Assembly (NCBI GenBank): GCA_000934665.2
Contig: KZ538931.1
Span: 1 to 40,475, forward strand
Origin: Catajapyx aquilonaris
Taxonomy: Eukaryota
Direction: 5' to 3'
DNA length: 40,475 nt
Below are positions 1 to 10,683 of the stretch, piece by piece. Numbering within the stretch: the first letter of the stretch is position 1; each line of letters opens with the position of its first letter. The translations under genes and the position numbers were made by a program. The notes below the pieces were generated by a model that worked only from the letters and a program-made list of their open reading frames with translations, was not told the DNA's origin and made no database searches.

Positions 1-902
1 CGGGGCTCCGGGCGGTCGCCCGGACTGCCCACCCCTAAGGCCGGCTCTGCTATACTGTATACGTACAGCCTTACATCCCTTTTATACAGTATAATAACAT
101 CCCATGTTCTCAACTTTCTGTCACACCTCTGGAATGATCATACATAATTAGTGGAGCTATTCTTGTTGAGGTGCACAAGAGAATGCCTTACTTTCATGAT
201 AGCATCTCTTGTGTAAAAAGCCTTCCTTGTACGGCACAGTCTGATATGGCATGATAATGGCACTGATTTAGCACTGCATGTTTCCTGAAGTGCTTGTTTG
301 ATTGGGAAATAACCAAAGCAACAATACGGTAGCAATCTGGCCATCTATGCAGACCTAGTGAACATTCACAATCATAGTGGCCTATTTTTACCTATACATA
401 TTGCTCTGTCTTGGTCAACACATGACACAACTCTACAGCCTCTTGAAAAATAATATATCCTAATGACATAACTTTGTGAAACAGCCCATCTGACTTGCCA
501 CACAACCTACTGCTAGCACCAGACACCATTAGGTGTTCATGCAGTGAAAGTCTAGTCTAGGTGATAGCATTCCCACCACTTGATATCCAACCCTCAAGTA
601 TAAAACATAATTTCTTTACGTCCACTGAAAATGGCATGAATCTCTTGTGCACCCTTCTAACTGCTTGTTACTTGAATGCATTTGGATGGAACACGTGGGT
701 GTGTACTCATGAACAGTGGACTTGGGGTCTCAACAATGTTACAGAAAGAAGATGAAATCAAAGATGTCAACAATTTACTACTTGTCCCCAAGTGCAGAGT
801 ACAATCATCTCAAGCTAAAACGCTGCAGAACACTTGTTTTCGGTCAGTGCAAGATTGTAATACTATACAAAAGAGCCTGACCCTGATGCTGAAGACCTAC
901 AC

Positions 903-1137
903 CAGGGCTATTCAATTGGTGGACCACAGTCCGGATCCGAACCCCGACGCAATTTTGTCCGGACTGCGACGATATACAGGACAGATTGAAATAGCATTAG
1001 AAATAATATTACTAATTCCTGATTTTTTGGAAAAAGTGCTACCAATTTCATCAAATCTCCCACATTCACCTAAGCTCATGTGACCTTGAACAACAACAAA
1101 AAACAGGACCTTGTCATAAACTAGCTGAATAGCCCTG
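903..1137. mobile_element. hAT-superfamily MITE
   Basis: Terminal inverted repeats CAGGGCTATTCA...TGAATAGCCCTG flanked by a perfect 8-bp TSD ACCTACAC (895-902 and 1138-1145). Confidence 0.9.
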
Positions 1138-1267
1138 ACCTACACCTTTAGAACATGGCATCATGTGATAGTTGAGGCACTCCTTAGGGTCATCTCCCAG
1201 CTTCTTTGATTACAATATTATAGCTACATGATATCTCATTGAATCTATTTTCTCCATATATAGAGGC

Positions 1268-4200
1268 CTACATGCAGCACAGGTTCATTATTTTTTCCAT
1301 TGGTCCACCTGGTGTAATTAATGATTGCAGATAGTGATAAATTGGTAGGTGATGTCCTGAGGAGTGCCTCAGGCTCAAACCTTTTTGATTAACCTACACA
1401 AAAAGTGCCAAATACCAGCAAAAGAAGTGACAAAAGATGCCACGACACAAGCAGTGGACTAAAGAAAATATAATATGATCTCTTCGATATGAAAGTCCTT
1501 ACTTGGCTTGTATGTCACTACTTCTGCCAGGAGGTAGTGGAGCAGCTCTGGCACCTTAGTTTTATCTAGGTAAGTTTGTATGCCAGTCAATTCCATTGGT
1601 GGGATGGGTAGCGAGTCCTGTGATGCTTTACTTCCACGCAATTTGCCTACTCCTCCCAAGGAAGCGCCACTGCCCTTGCCCTTTGCAGTCTTCCTTGGCT
1701 TGGTGAACTTAAAAGAAGGTTTCGAAGGTACATGCATGTCTTGGGAAGATTCCCACCACATCAGCTGGCACTTGACCCCATCAACTATGACATAGCCTTC
1801 ACTGCCTTTATCAGCTGCACTGGGAGACTCAGGGAGCTTTGCTCCAGATGTTGCCTCTGCTGATTCCTGGGACCTGCCAGTCTTGGAACCTGCTCCTGAT
1901 ACAGTATCACTGGCATTGGTTCCACTCTTGGTGCCTTCTGTCTCAGATTCCCTGCTTTTTGCCTGGAGAGACTTCTTAGAGAGACCATACAGGCTGGCAC
2001 CACTGGGTCGGAGCGGTATGTCTGAGGGCTTGCTAGTTCCTTCTCCCAATCCGCTCGTCTTGCTGCTAATACCTCCAGCCTTGATTCTGGTACTTGCAGA
2101 CCACGTTAGTTGACTTTTCCCACTGGGAGTATGACCAATTTGACCTTGCCCACTAGCAGTTCCTCCGATCTGACCCTGACCACTTGCGGTTCCTCCGATC
2201 TGACCCTGACCACTTGCGGTTCCTCCGATCCGACCCTGACCACTTGCGGTTCCTCCGATCTGACCCTGACCACTAGCAGTTCCTTCAATCTGTCCTTGTC
2301 CACTTGGGGTTCCTCCAATCTGACCCTGACCACTTGCGGTTCCTCCAATCTGTCCTTGTCCACTTGGGGTTCCACCAATCTCACCTTGTCCACTTGGGGT
2401 TCCTCCAATCTGTCCTTGTCCACTTGGGGTTCCACCAATCTCACCTTGTCCACTTGGGGTTCCTCCAATCTGGCCCTGACCACTTGCGGTTCCTCCAATC
2501 TGACCCTGACCACTTGCGGTTCCTCCGATCTGACCCTGACCACTTGCGGTTCCTCCGATCTGACCCTGACCACTTGCGGTTCCTCCGATCTGACCCTGAC
2601 CACTTGCGGTTCCTCCGATCTGACCCTGACCACTTGCGGTTCCTCCGATCTGACCCTGACCACTTGCGGTTCCTCCGATCTGACCCTGACCACTAGCGGT
2701 TCCTCCGATCCGACCCTGACCACTTGCGGTTCCTCCGATCTGACCCTGACCACTAGCAGTTCCTTCAATCTGTCCTTGTCCACTTGGGGTTCCTCCAATC
2801 TGACCCTGACCACTTGCGGTTCCTCCAATCTGTCCTTGTCCACTTGGGGTTCCTCCAATCTGTCCTTGTCCACTTGGGGTTCCTCCAATCTGTCCTTGTC
2901 CACTAGCTGTTCCTCCAACTTGACCCTGTGACCCTCCTGATGTCACTCCTGTTCCACTACTTCCTGGAGGTACGTCACTCATGCTTGGTGTCACAATCAT
3001 AGCGCCACTTTGGCTCCATGACTCTAAAGTAAATCCAGCCACAGGTTTGAATCCAACGTCATCAGCCTTGTGAGGGATTTCAGATAATATTTACCGTATT
3101 TGACGGCATATAAGACACACTTTTTCCCCCCAAAAATCGCTCAAAAAATCTCATGCGAATAACTTTTTTCTTGAATATGATATGCTGAAATGAGAGTGCT
3201 TCTTATATGCCATCAAATACGGTAACTTGCATTTCACTTGACTTTTGTGGCAATGCACACTAGCTGTTCCTCCAATCTGACCTTGCCCACTGGATGTTCC
3301 TCCGATCTGGCCTTGTCCACTAGCTGTTCCTCCAACTTGACCCTGTGACCCTCCTGATGTCACTCCTGTTCCACTACTTCCTGGAGGTACGTCACTCATG
3401 CTTGGTGTCACAATCATAGCGCCACTTTGGCTCCATGACTCTAAAGTAAATCCAGCCACAGGTTTGAATCCAACGTCATCAGCCTTGTGAGGGATTTCAG
3501 ATAATATTTACCGTATTTGACGGCATATAAGACACACTTTTTCCCCCCAAAAATCGCTCAAAAAATCTCATGCGAATAACTTTTTTCTTGAATATGATAT
3601 GCTGAAATGAGAGTGCTTCTTATATGCCATCAAATACGGTAACTTGCATTTCACTTGACTTTTGTGGCAATGCACACTAGCTGTTCCTCCAATCTGACCT
3701 TGCCCACTGGATGTTCCTCCGATCTGGCCTTGTCCACTAGCTGTTCCTCCAACTTGACCCTGTGAACCTCCTGATGTCACTCCAGTTCCACTACTGCCCA
3801 TGACCCCAGCTGGAGGAGGTACATCGCTCATGCTTGGTGTCACGATCATAGCACCACTCTGGCTCCATGACTCGTCTAAAGTAAATCCAGCCACGTGAGA
3901 ATCCAACATTGTGAAGGATAAAATTTACTGTATTTGACGGCATATAAGACACACTTTTTTTCCCCAAAAAATTGCTCAAAAAATTTCCCTGCATCTCATA
4001 TGAATATACAATACAAGCTTTTTTCTTGAATATGACATGTGCTGAAATGAGGGTGCGTCCTTTATGATATCAAATACGGTAACTTTCATTTCACTTCACT
4101 TTTGTGGCACTGCACAGTGCACACTACATGTGGCTTTCCATGTGGCTGTACGCTATGCAGTGAAACATCATGATTGCAGATATTTGCAGCATAAGTAATC

Positions 4201-4484
4201 CACAAAATAATACCCGTCTTGCGTACAGTATACATGAGCAAGATTGCCAAGATACCCAAGTTACCTCCTGCAGCAGGGCCTGTGCCTGGGGCTCCACCTT
4301 CTGCAGGTCGAGCCTGCTGCCGCAGCATGAAGGCAGAGGAGCAGGGGCATGTTGCCTCATGGATGGGGCCCACGCAAGAACAACTTGGCAGCAGAGGTGC
4401 TCCTGGCAGCTGACCTGCAATTGACAGACGATGCAGTACTGTACTGCACAATGCCAGAGGCTACTTACCCTCTTTATCGGCCAT
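1268..4484 (-). CDS. Uncharacterised ~575-aa protein: Cys-containing N-terminus, ~26 GGT(A/P)SGQGQI decapeptide repeats, Ser/Gly/Lys-rich linker, C-terminal RIIa/Dpy-30-like dimerisation-docking motif
   Basis: Proposed exons 4484-4469 (MADKE), 4414-4265, 3023-1503, 1308-1268. All introns are GT-AG and phase 1; total 1728 nt. The C-terminus IQTYLDKTKVPELLHYLLAEVVTYKPSGPMEKIMNLC fits the YL-x-(V/I)PELL-x-L-x-KP-x-P pattern of D/D domains. The last exon is less certain. Confidence 0.65.
2141..2930 (-). repeat. Coding 30-bp minisatellite (~26 units) with a 480-bp higher-order duplication
   Basis: Unit approximately TCCTCC(G/A)ATCTG(A/T)CC(C/T)TG(A/T)CCACTTG(C/G)GGT on the + strand. Rare variants recur 480 bp apart (tccttcaatc at 2281 and 2761; cgaccc at 2231 and 2711). 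Confidence 0.95.
3094..3222. mobile_element. Tc1/mariner-pogo-type MITE (copy 1)
   Basis: TA-flanked TIRs CCGTATTTGACGGCATATAAGA...TCTTATATGCCATCAAATACGG. Confidence 0.85.
3511..3639. mobile_element. Tc1/mariner-pogo-type MITE (copy 2, within the tandem duplication)
   Basis: Same sequence as 3094-3222, TA-flanked. Confidence 0.85.
3928..4079. mobile_element. Tc1/mariner-pogo-type MITE (copy 3, longer and diverged)
   Basis: CTGTATTTGACGGCATATAAGAC...ATCAAATACGG, TA-flanked. Confidence 0.8.
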
Positions 4485-4810
4485 ACTTGCAACCTTCAGA
4501 ACAGCGAGTGACTGACCACCAAACGGTGCCGTGTTGTTGCCAGGCGATTGGTGGATCATTCCCATCAACAGCAACGACCAGAGGTGTGAACCCAAACTCC
4601 CGCCGAGGATGAGCGCATGCGCAGTGTGTGTCTGGTGCTGCCGCCTCCCGTCCGCCGCTCCAACCAGTCCGATCCATCCTGAAAGTACTGGTCGAGACCC
4701 ATGTGGCCGAAGCCGTCCCTCTTCTTCTTCTTCTTCTTCTTCACCCGGCGCCGGCTGCCCCTGGATCTCGCTCAACTGCGTCTCTTCCGCTGATCTGATA
4801 GGGTCGGAGG
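4485..4810. promoter_or_regulatory. Bidirectional promoter and 5' UTRs shared by the repeat/D-D gene and DNAJC2
   Basis: CpG-rich; NRF1-like GCGCATGCGCA at 4613-4623; X-box-like GTTGCCAGGCGAT at 4536-4548; (CTT)n pyrimidine tract at about 4721-4741; the two start codons are about 330 bp apart. Confidence 0.65.
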
Positions 4811-7800
4811 ATGACGGCGGCCGAGGTCGAGTCGGTGTCCACCTCGCACACGCAGTCATACGCTAAGCTCTCAGGTAATTTGCTCAAAGAGGAAGGAGGG
4901 AGGGAGGTGGGGCCTTTGTCGCCTTTGTTGCAAGTCACATGAGTCTGTTGCGCACAGTTCCATACATGATGGGGCTGCATATCGACGCAAATATGAGGAG
5001 GAATGCGATGTTGCGACCATATGTGGTGCACTCCCATTGTTACGTGCGATGATGATAATTGTAATTTTAGAAGGTCTTTGTCTTCATGATCATAACTATA
5101 CTGGTCACCTTCACTTGTTGAGGACTTTCTACACAGACTCGCTTTTTGAAAGATGGCATGGCATTTCAGGATGGAAATGTTTGTGGTGAACGTCGGCCTT
5201 TGCTTGCATATGAGTACAGCGTTAGACATTAATCGAGTCATGCTCTAGCGACATTTTCCAAAGCAGCAGAAGAATGACTCTTGCTCGCACAGCTTGCACT
5301 ATCCATATCTTCGATTCACTCTACGGCCGCTTCGGAAAATGTTGCTATCAGTATGACTCGATTAATGTCCAACACTGTACTGAAAACTCATACGTTTTGC
5401 TAGGAAAATGACGGGTGTGAACATGGGCCTGCGATGCGCTAGAAAGGCCATGGCAGTATAGTTGAAGTTTAGGACAATTTCAGCATACAGGATTTCCAAT
5501 GCATTCCCATGAGTCGGCCATGCTGTGAATTTCCTGGGTTATTGTGATAGTAATGAAACAGTATTTTATCATACAAGGTAGAGTAGTTAGGCGAGGGAAG
5601 GGGGACCTTTACTATCTAGCCCCCTTACCTATACCCCTTACCCAAGAGTCATACAGGTGCAGCTTTTAAGGTACCCCGTATCATATAATGGCCTGAATCA
5701 CCTGTCACTACTACTTCTACATCACTGCCTGCAACCCTGCCTTATAACCCTCTGAACTTGGTTGCCACATTAGGAACTGATTGTCATTGTAATAGGCCAA
5801 GTGCACCTTAAAGGCTACTTCTTCGTTTTCCTTAGCCCCCCGCAACTCCCTATCTAGCCATATGGGGAAGGCCATGCACTTAGCGAGTCCCCTATCCCCG
5901 GATGTGGATCCCTGTACCAAAGGGCATTTGGGTCGACGACTTATGAACCGTTCTGAACCCACCTAAATTGTCAGTTCCCAATCAGCCTTGCCCACAGATC
6001 CAACCATCAGCCACCTGAATGCAATTCGGACTGTTCAAATCACATTTGGGTGGCTGGTGCTGTGGATCTGCAAACTGGAACTGAATGGGAATTCACAATT
6101 AGGTAGGTTCAGTACGGTTCAGAAGTCGTCCGCCTGAATGCGATTTGGTACAGGGCTCCACATCCATGTATGCGGGACTCCACATCTGGGGATAGGGGAC
6201 TTGCTAAGCGCACAGGAAAAGAGAGGGAGTTGTGGGGGGCTGGTTTTCCTCCATTGAATTGCATAAGCCGCAAAGCCTGATCTGTTTGTTACTATGATGT
6301 GCAACCTGTAAGGTTACAAATACTCCAGGACGACATCGTCAAAGTTGCAACAGTCGTGAATTCGAGCGTAGGCCTACGCATTTTCCTCAGGCTGCCACAG
6401 GTACCCCTATCACATGTACCGAAGGTGCACTCACCACAAGCCTGTTTATACACTGTAGGTGCACGAACAGGCTTGTGAATGATGTGACGTTATACATTAT
6501 TGTTTTGGTTAAATAATGGGGTTAACTTGCTACTCCTTCATCACTGACTACCCCTTATAGGGAAAATGTTGTGATGATGATGATGAATAGCTGTTTGACG
6601 TATCTTGGGCTTAGGATTACACAACACACTTCATTTTCCTAGTAAAATTGTAATGATTTTAGGTACCTACATATAAGGTAAAGCAGACATTTGCCCTTTT
6701 CATGTGAGTTCATGGGCTGAGAATCACATGTGTGCCATGATCGCATTAGGATTCATGAAATCTTTTTCCAGCTCTGGTGTCACAAGAAGTGCATCCAGTA
6801 GGGAAGCGCTTTCAAGCTCACTGGCGTCGCCACCATCTCCTGCGTCCAGATGCAAATGTCTCAATATGCTCTGAGGAGAGTGCAGAAAGTGGAGATGATG
6901 AAGCTGCTCAAGTACAGTTTGAGGACAATGTTGCTTACCTCAAGAGTCTTGACCCTAAAGACTGGAAGGTAAGTTTTTGTCTTGAAATTCAAAATGTGTC
7001 CGATTGAGGTGAGGTAACCTTGATCAAGCAATAAACTTGTTGATTGTACTTTCAGAATCAGGACCATTATGCTGTCCTAGGACTGAAGAAGTTGCGCTTC
7101 CGTGCCACGGATGATGACATCCGTCGGGCTTACCGCTTCAAAGTTCTTCGCCACCACCCTGATAAACGCAAGGCTGCTGGTGAGGTGGTTCGGCGGGAAG
7201 ATGATTACTTCACTTGCATCACCCGTGCTTATGAGACCCTTGGAACACCGATTAAACGTCGCTCCTATGACTCAATTGACCCGGAGTTTGATGACTCAGT
7301 ACCACCAAACAGTGCTGAAAATCGCTCAAACTTCTTCACTGTGTTTGGCCCTGTCTTTGAGCGGAATGCAAGGTGGGCTGCAGATCCAGCCCCACTTTTG
7401 GGTGGCCCTGATGCAACCCGTCAGCAAGTGGAAGAATTCTACAGCTTCTGGTATGATTTTGAATCATGGCGTGAGTTCTCATATCTGGATGAGGAGGAGA
7501 AGGAGAAGGGTCAGGACCGGGATGAACGCCGGTGGATAGAGAAGCAGAACAGAGTAGCAAGGGCTAAGCGGAAGAAGGAGGAATCGGCTAGGATAAGGCG
7601 TTTGGTGGACAATGCGTACAGCTGTGATTCTAGGATACAGCGTTTCAAGGAAGAGGAGAAGGAGAAGAAGGCTGCACAGAAGAGAGCCAGGCAGGAGGCT
7701 GTCAAGGCCAAGCAGGAAGAGGAGATCAGGGTGAGTAGTGGAATACAGTTAGGAACACTGCTGAACTCTACATCTCCAATCAGATGGGGGGNNNNNNNNN

Positions 7801-10683
7801 NNNNNNNNNNNNNNNNNNGGGGGGGGGGGGGAAACATATTGGATTATGTGTTGTTTGCATGCACACCCCAGTTCCCTGCATGTGTGGATTTATTAGTGGG
7901 ATCTGGAAAAAATTCATAATTGGTGGTTGTAGACATGCCTCTTTGTGTGTGTCTTACAATACAGAACTAAGAGTCTGAATTTAATAATTCTTAATTGTTT
8001 CAGCAACGAAGAGAAGCTCAGGAAGCTGAGCGCAAGCAGAAGGAGCTAGCAGAGCAAGAAGAAAAGGCTAAATTAGATGCGCAGAAGAAGGAGAGAGAGG
8101 CTGCCAAGAGGGCAGTGAAGAAGGAGCAGAAGTTACTGAGAAATCTGTGCAGCCAGAAGGACTACTACTGTACGGAAGAGTCGGGCAGGTCCAGTCACAT
8201 TCTTGATCTGGACAAACTCTGCCGACTGCTCACCCTTGAACAGTATGCACAACCTTTACCTAGTAATCACTTGCCCTATTCTTGAATGTCTGATTAGGAT
8301 TCCAATCGATTTGTGTATCAACTACACTGTCTTGTATGACACTAACAGCTTTTTGGATTGCTATCTAAAACTACAGCCTCCGAACTAAGAATACAGAAAA
8401 AGTGGCAGCAAAGTGGTAACTAATGTAGTCAGATATAGTTACTATAATTTTTTTTCATCCAACTTTCAGATTAGAAGATCTGCGACAGCGTTTGTCCAAC
8501 TCTGACTTTGAGACAGGACGTGAAGCCTTCCTAGATCGAGTCAGAGAGGTGAATGCCCGCTTGGATGAAGAAAAGCGAGAGGTGTTGGAGAGGGCCACCA
8601 AAAAAGCTGACTCGAGCCGTGAGACTGGGAGTGGACGCAAGTGGTCCTCTGAAGAGCTGCAGTTACTTATCAAGGCGGTCAACCTGTTTCCGGCTGGAAC
8701 CAATCAGCGCTGGGAGGTGGTGGCCAACTTCATCAACCAGCACCATGCTGCTGAAGGAGGAGCGTCCCAGCCACAGCGAACAGCCAAGGAGGTTTTGGCG
8801 AAGGCCAAGGATATGCAGAACTCAGATTTTGCCCACAGCAGCCTCAAGGATGAGGCCAACCGGAAGGCATATGATCACTTTGAGAAGAGCCAGAAGGGAG
8901 CTGTCAAGCTGGACAATGCAGAAGTGTCACAGCGGTTTGATGGTGAGACAAGTATAATGCGATGGGATTGACTTTGTGGTTCATAGTTGTAAAAACGAGG
9001 AATTATTATCAAATGTACTGGAATCTAAAACTTCATGCAGCGTCAAGTAGGGGTTTTGTTCTGATGCAATTGCTTCATTCTATTCTGCTAGCAATTCATT
9101 GTCAAGCAGTACTTGAACATGCGTTAGGTCAGTAGTTTCAGTAGTTTGTCTCATTGCATTGCTGTTGCTAAAGGAGTGACTAAAGAGTGGGTTAAGGACT
9201 GTCCCACCAATGTGACCCAGCAGCCCCTTTTTCCCAGTTTATTTTCAACATTATACATTCTAATAATATTCCAATATAATTATGTTCACTAAAGGAGTTA
9301 CTATTGCAGGTCCTGCGGAACAACAGGGTAAAGGGGCATGGACCTCGGCCGAGCAGCGGATGCTGGAGCAGGCCCTGAGGACATACCCTACAAACACAAG
9401 TGATAGATGGGACCAGATTTCAGCCAGTGTTCCCTCACGTACAAAGAAGGAATGCATGCAACGTTACAAGGTTTGTTACCATATTAAATCAAGTGGTGGG
9501 CATAATATTTGTCAGGTGTGTTCCCCTAAAAGGGTGATGCTCCGGTATGGGGCTCAAAATAAATCAATGAGTACATACCAGATGCTTACAATAGCTCGCA
9601 TGAGCGTTTGATAATGCTTATTTACTAACTGGATGCAATTTTTACTGAAGTGATGCCCTCAACTGCAGCATCTTAATTTTATGAATAGTATTAGGTTAAT
9701 TGTTGCCAGTGATACAAGGAGAAATATGTGGTTGAGGGTATGTCTTCACCATAGCTATCCATCTGAGGGGGGGTCCTTCTGAGGGTAGGTGTGGAGTACC
9801 TTCATGAGTATTCATGAATATTTTCGTGCCTGTAGAGAGCACCAGTCGCTTACAGTCAGCCTATGAGCCCACTGCCGCATGCCGGTTAACATGTTTTACT
9901 CCTGAGAATTTCAATTCGTGCCAAAGCTACCTACCAACGAAGCTGCAAGTCTTGCAGGATATTCTGGACTCCTCAAACAGTGACCTCAACTTCCTGAACA
10001 CTGTGATGACAGGTGACAAGTCATGGGTCATACCCTGTTCAGGTTGTTGCATCATTTTCACGGGAAATGAAAATTCAACGGACGCCAAGTACCCTCCCTC
10101 ACTCACAGGCTGACTGCCAGCGACTGACTGTCTCTGCAGGTGGCGAAAAAAATCACGAATACTCATGAAGGTATTCCCTACCAGAGGACACCTGTGCTTC
10201 ATTTGTTACCGCGGAGGGGCAATCAGGCCTAGAACTTTTTGCATTTTGCACAGGCGGTTATCACGTTTTTCTTCCGAGCCCTTCAAAATATGTAAATGGA
10301 CAAACGGGAAATTTGGGCCACAAGAAAATAATATCGTGTGCACACTGATAACTGTAGTTCTGCGTGACAGTGATTCTCAAACTGATTGTGACCAACTGAA
10401 CCCGATTATTAAATTATTGTCACTTGACAGTTTTTTGAAAACCCCGTATTTTTTGAGCAATTTGTGGCCCATTAGTGAGAACCGGTACTGTAAGGCAACC
10501 TAGTTTTGTTGACATGTTAACCACCGAGCTAATGATGATTTATGTGAACTTGCATTTATTGCTGTAGTTGTTAACCCAATACTGCTCTTGAACACAATCA
10601 TAATGAACTTAATAATTTATCCACAGGAACTGGCAGAGATGGTGAAGGCAAAAAAGGCAGCCCAGGCCGCAGCCAAGAAGTGA
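4811..10683 (+). CDS. DNAJC2: DnaJ homolog subfamily C member 2 (MPP11/ZRF1/zuotin-related ribosome-associated chaperone), 621 aa
   Basis: Exons 4811-4874, 6772-6968, 7056-7730, 8004-8242, 8470-8942, 9310-9470, 10627-10683; all GT-AG, phases consistent, 1866 nt. Contains [17 protein letters not shown], a J-domain HPD, the zuotin motif [20 protein letters not shown], and two SANT/Myb domains ([48 protein letters not shown]). AATAAA at 11432. Confidence 0.97.
5217..5377. mobile_element. TA-flanked Tc1/mariner-type MITE with long TIRs
   Basis: CAGCGTTAGACATTAATCGAGTCATGC...GTATGACTCGATTAATGTCCAACACTG; arms of about 50 bp; TA on both sides. Confidence 0.8.
5740..6320. repeat. Long imperfect fold-back (inverted repeat) in DNAJC2 intron 1
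   Basis: Arms align symmetrically about ~6030, e.g. 5944 TGAACCGTTCTGAACCCACCTAA versus the reverse complement of TTAGGTAGGTTCAGTACGGTTCA, and CTTAGCGAGTCCCCTATCCCCGGATGTGG versus CCACATCTGGGGATAGGGGACTTGCTAAG. Confidence 0.85.
9784..10182 (+). mobile_element. Internally deleted mariner element remnant
   Basis: The fragment [16 protein letters not shown] resembles the mariner FLxxIVTGDE(S/K)W motif; it lies between ~80-bp inverted repeats (TACCTTCATGAGTATTC...CAGTCAGCCTATGAG / CTCACAGGCTGACTG...GAATACTCATGAAGGTA). True ends not resolved. Confidence 0.75.

Larger units (their letters stand above)
2900..4117. repeat. Tandem triplication of a ~417-bp intron/exon-junction unit, each copy carrying a MITE
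   Basis: 2901.. matches 3318.. (offset 417) almost exactly; a more diverged third copy starts at about 3735. Confidence 0.9.

Noticed and set aside
676..1083. 135-aa + strand ORF
   Set aside because: It runs into the hAT MITE at 903-1137, has no recognisable domain and no splice context.
2106..2931. Overlapping ORFs of 270, 273 and 130 aa, and a superficial CRISPR-like regularity
   Set aside because: These are shadow frames of a stop-free 30-bp tandem repeat. There are no unique spacers or cas genes, and the context is eukaryotic.
6571..6720. TGATGA...CTGA as a C/D snoRNA in a DNAJC2 intron
   Set aside because: The C-box-like motif is part of a (GAT)n microsatellite, the spacing is long and no terminal stem is evident.
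7787..7831. Poly-G flanked N gaps (also 35336-35375 and 36449)
   Set aside because: Sequencing or assembly dropouts at G homopolymers; lengths are unreliable.
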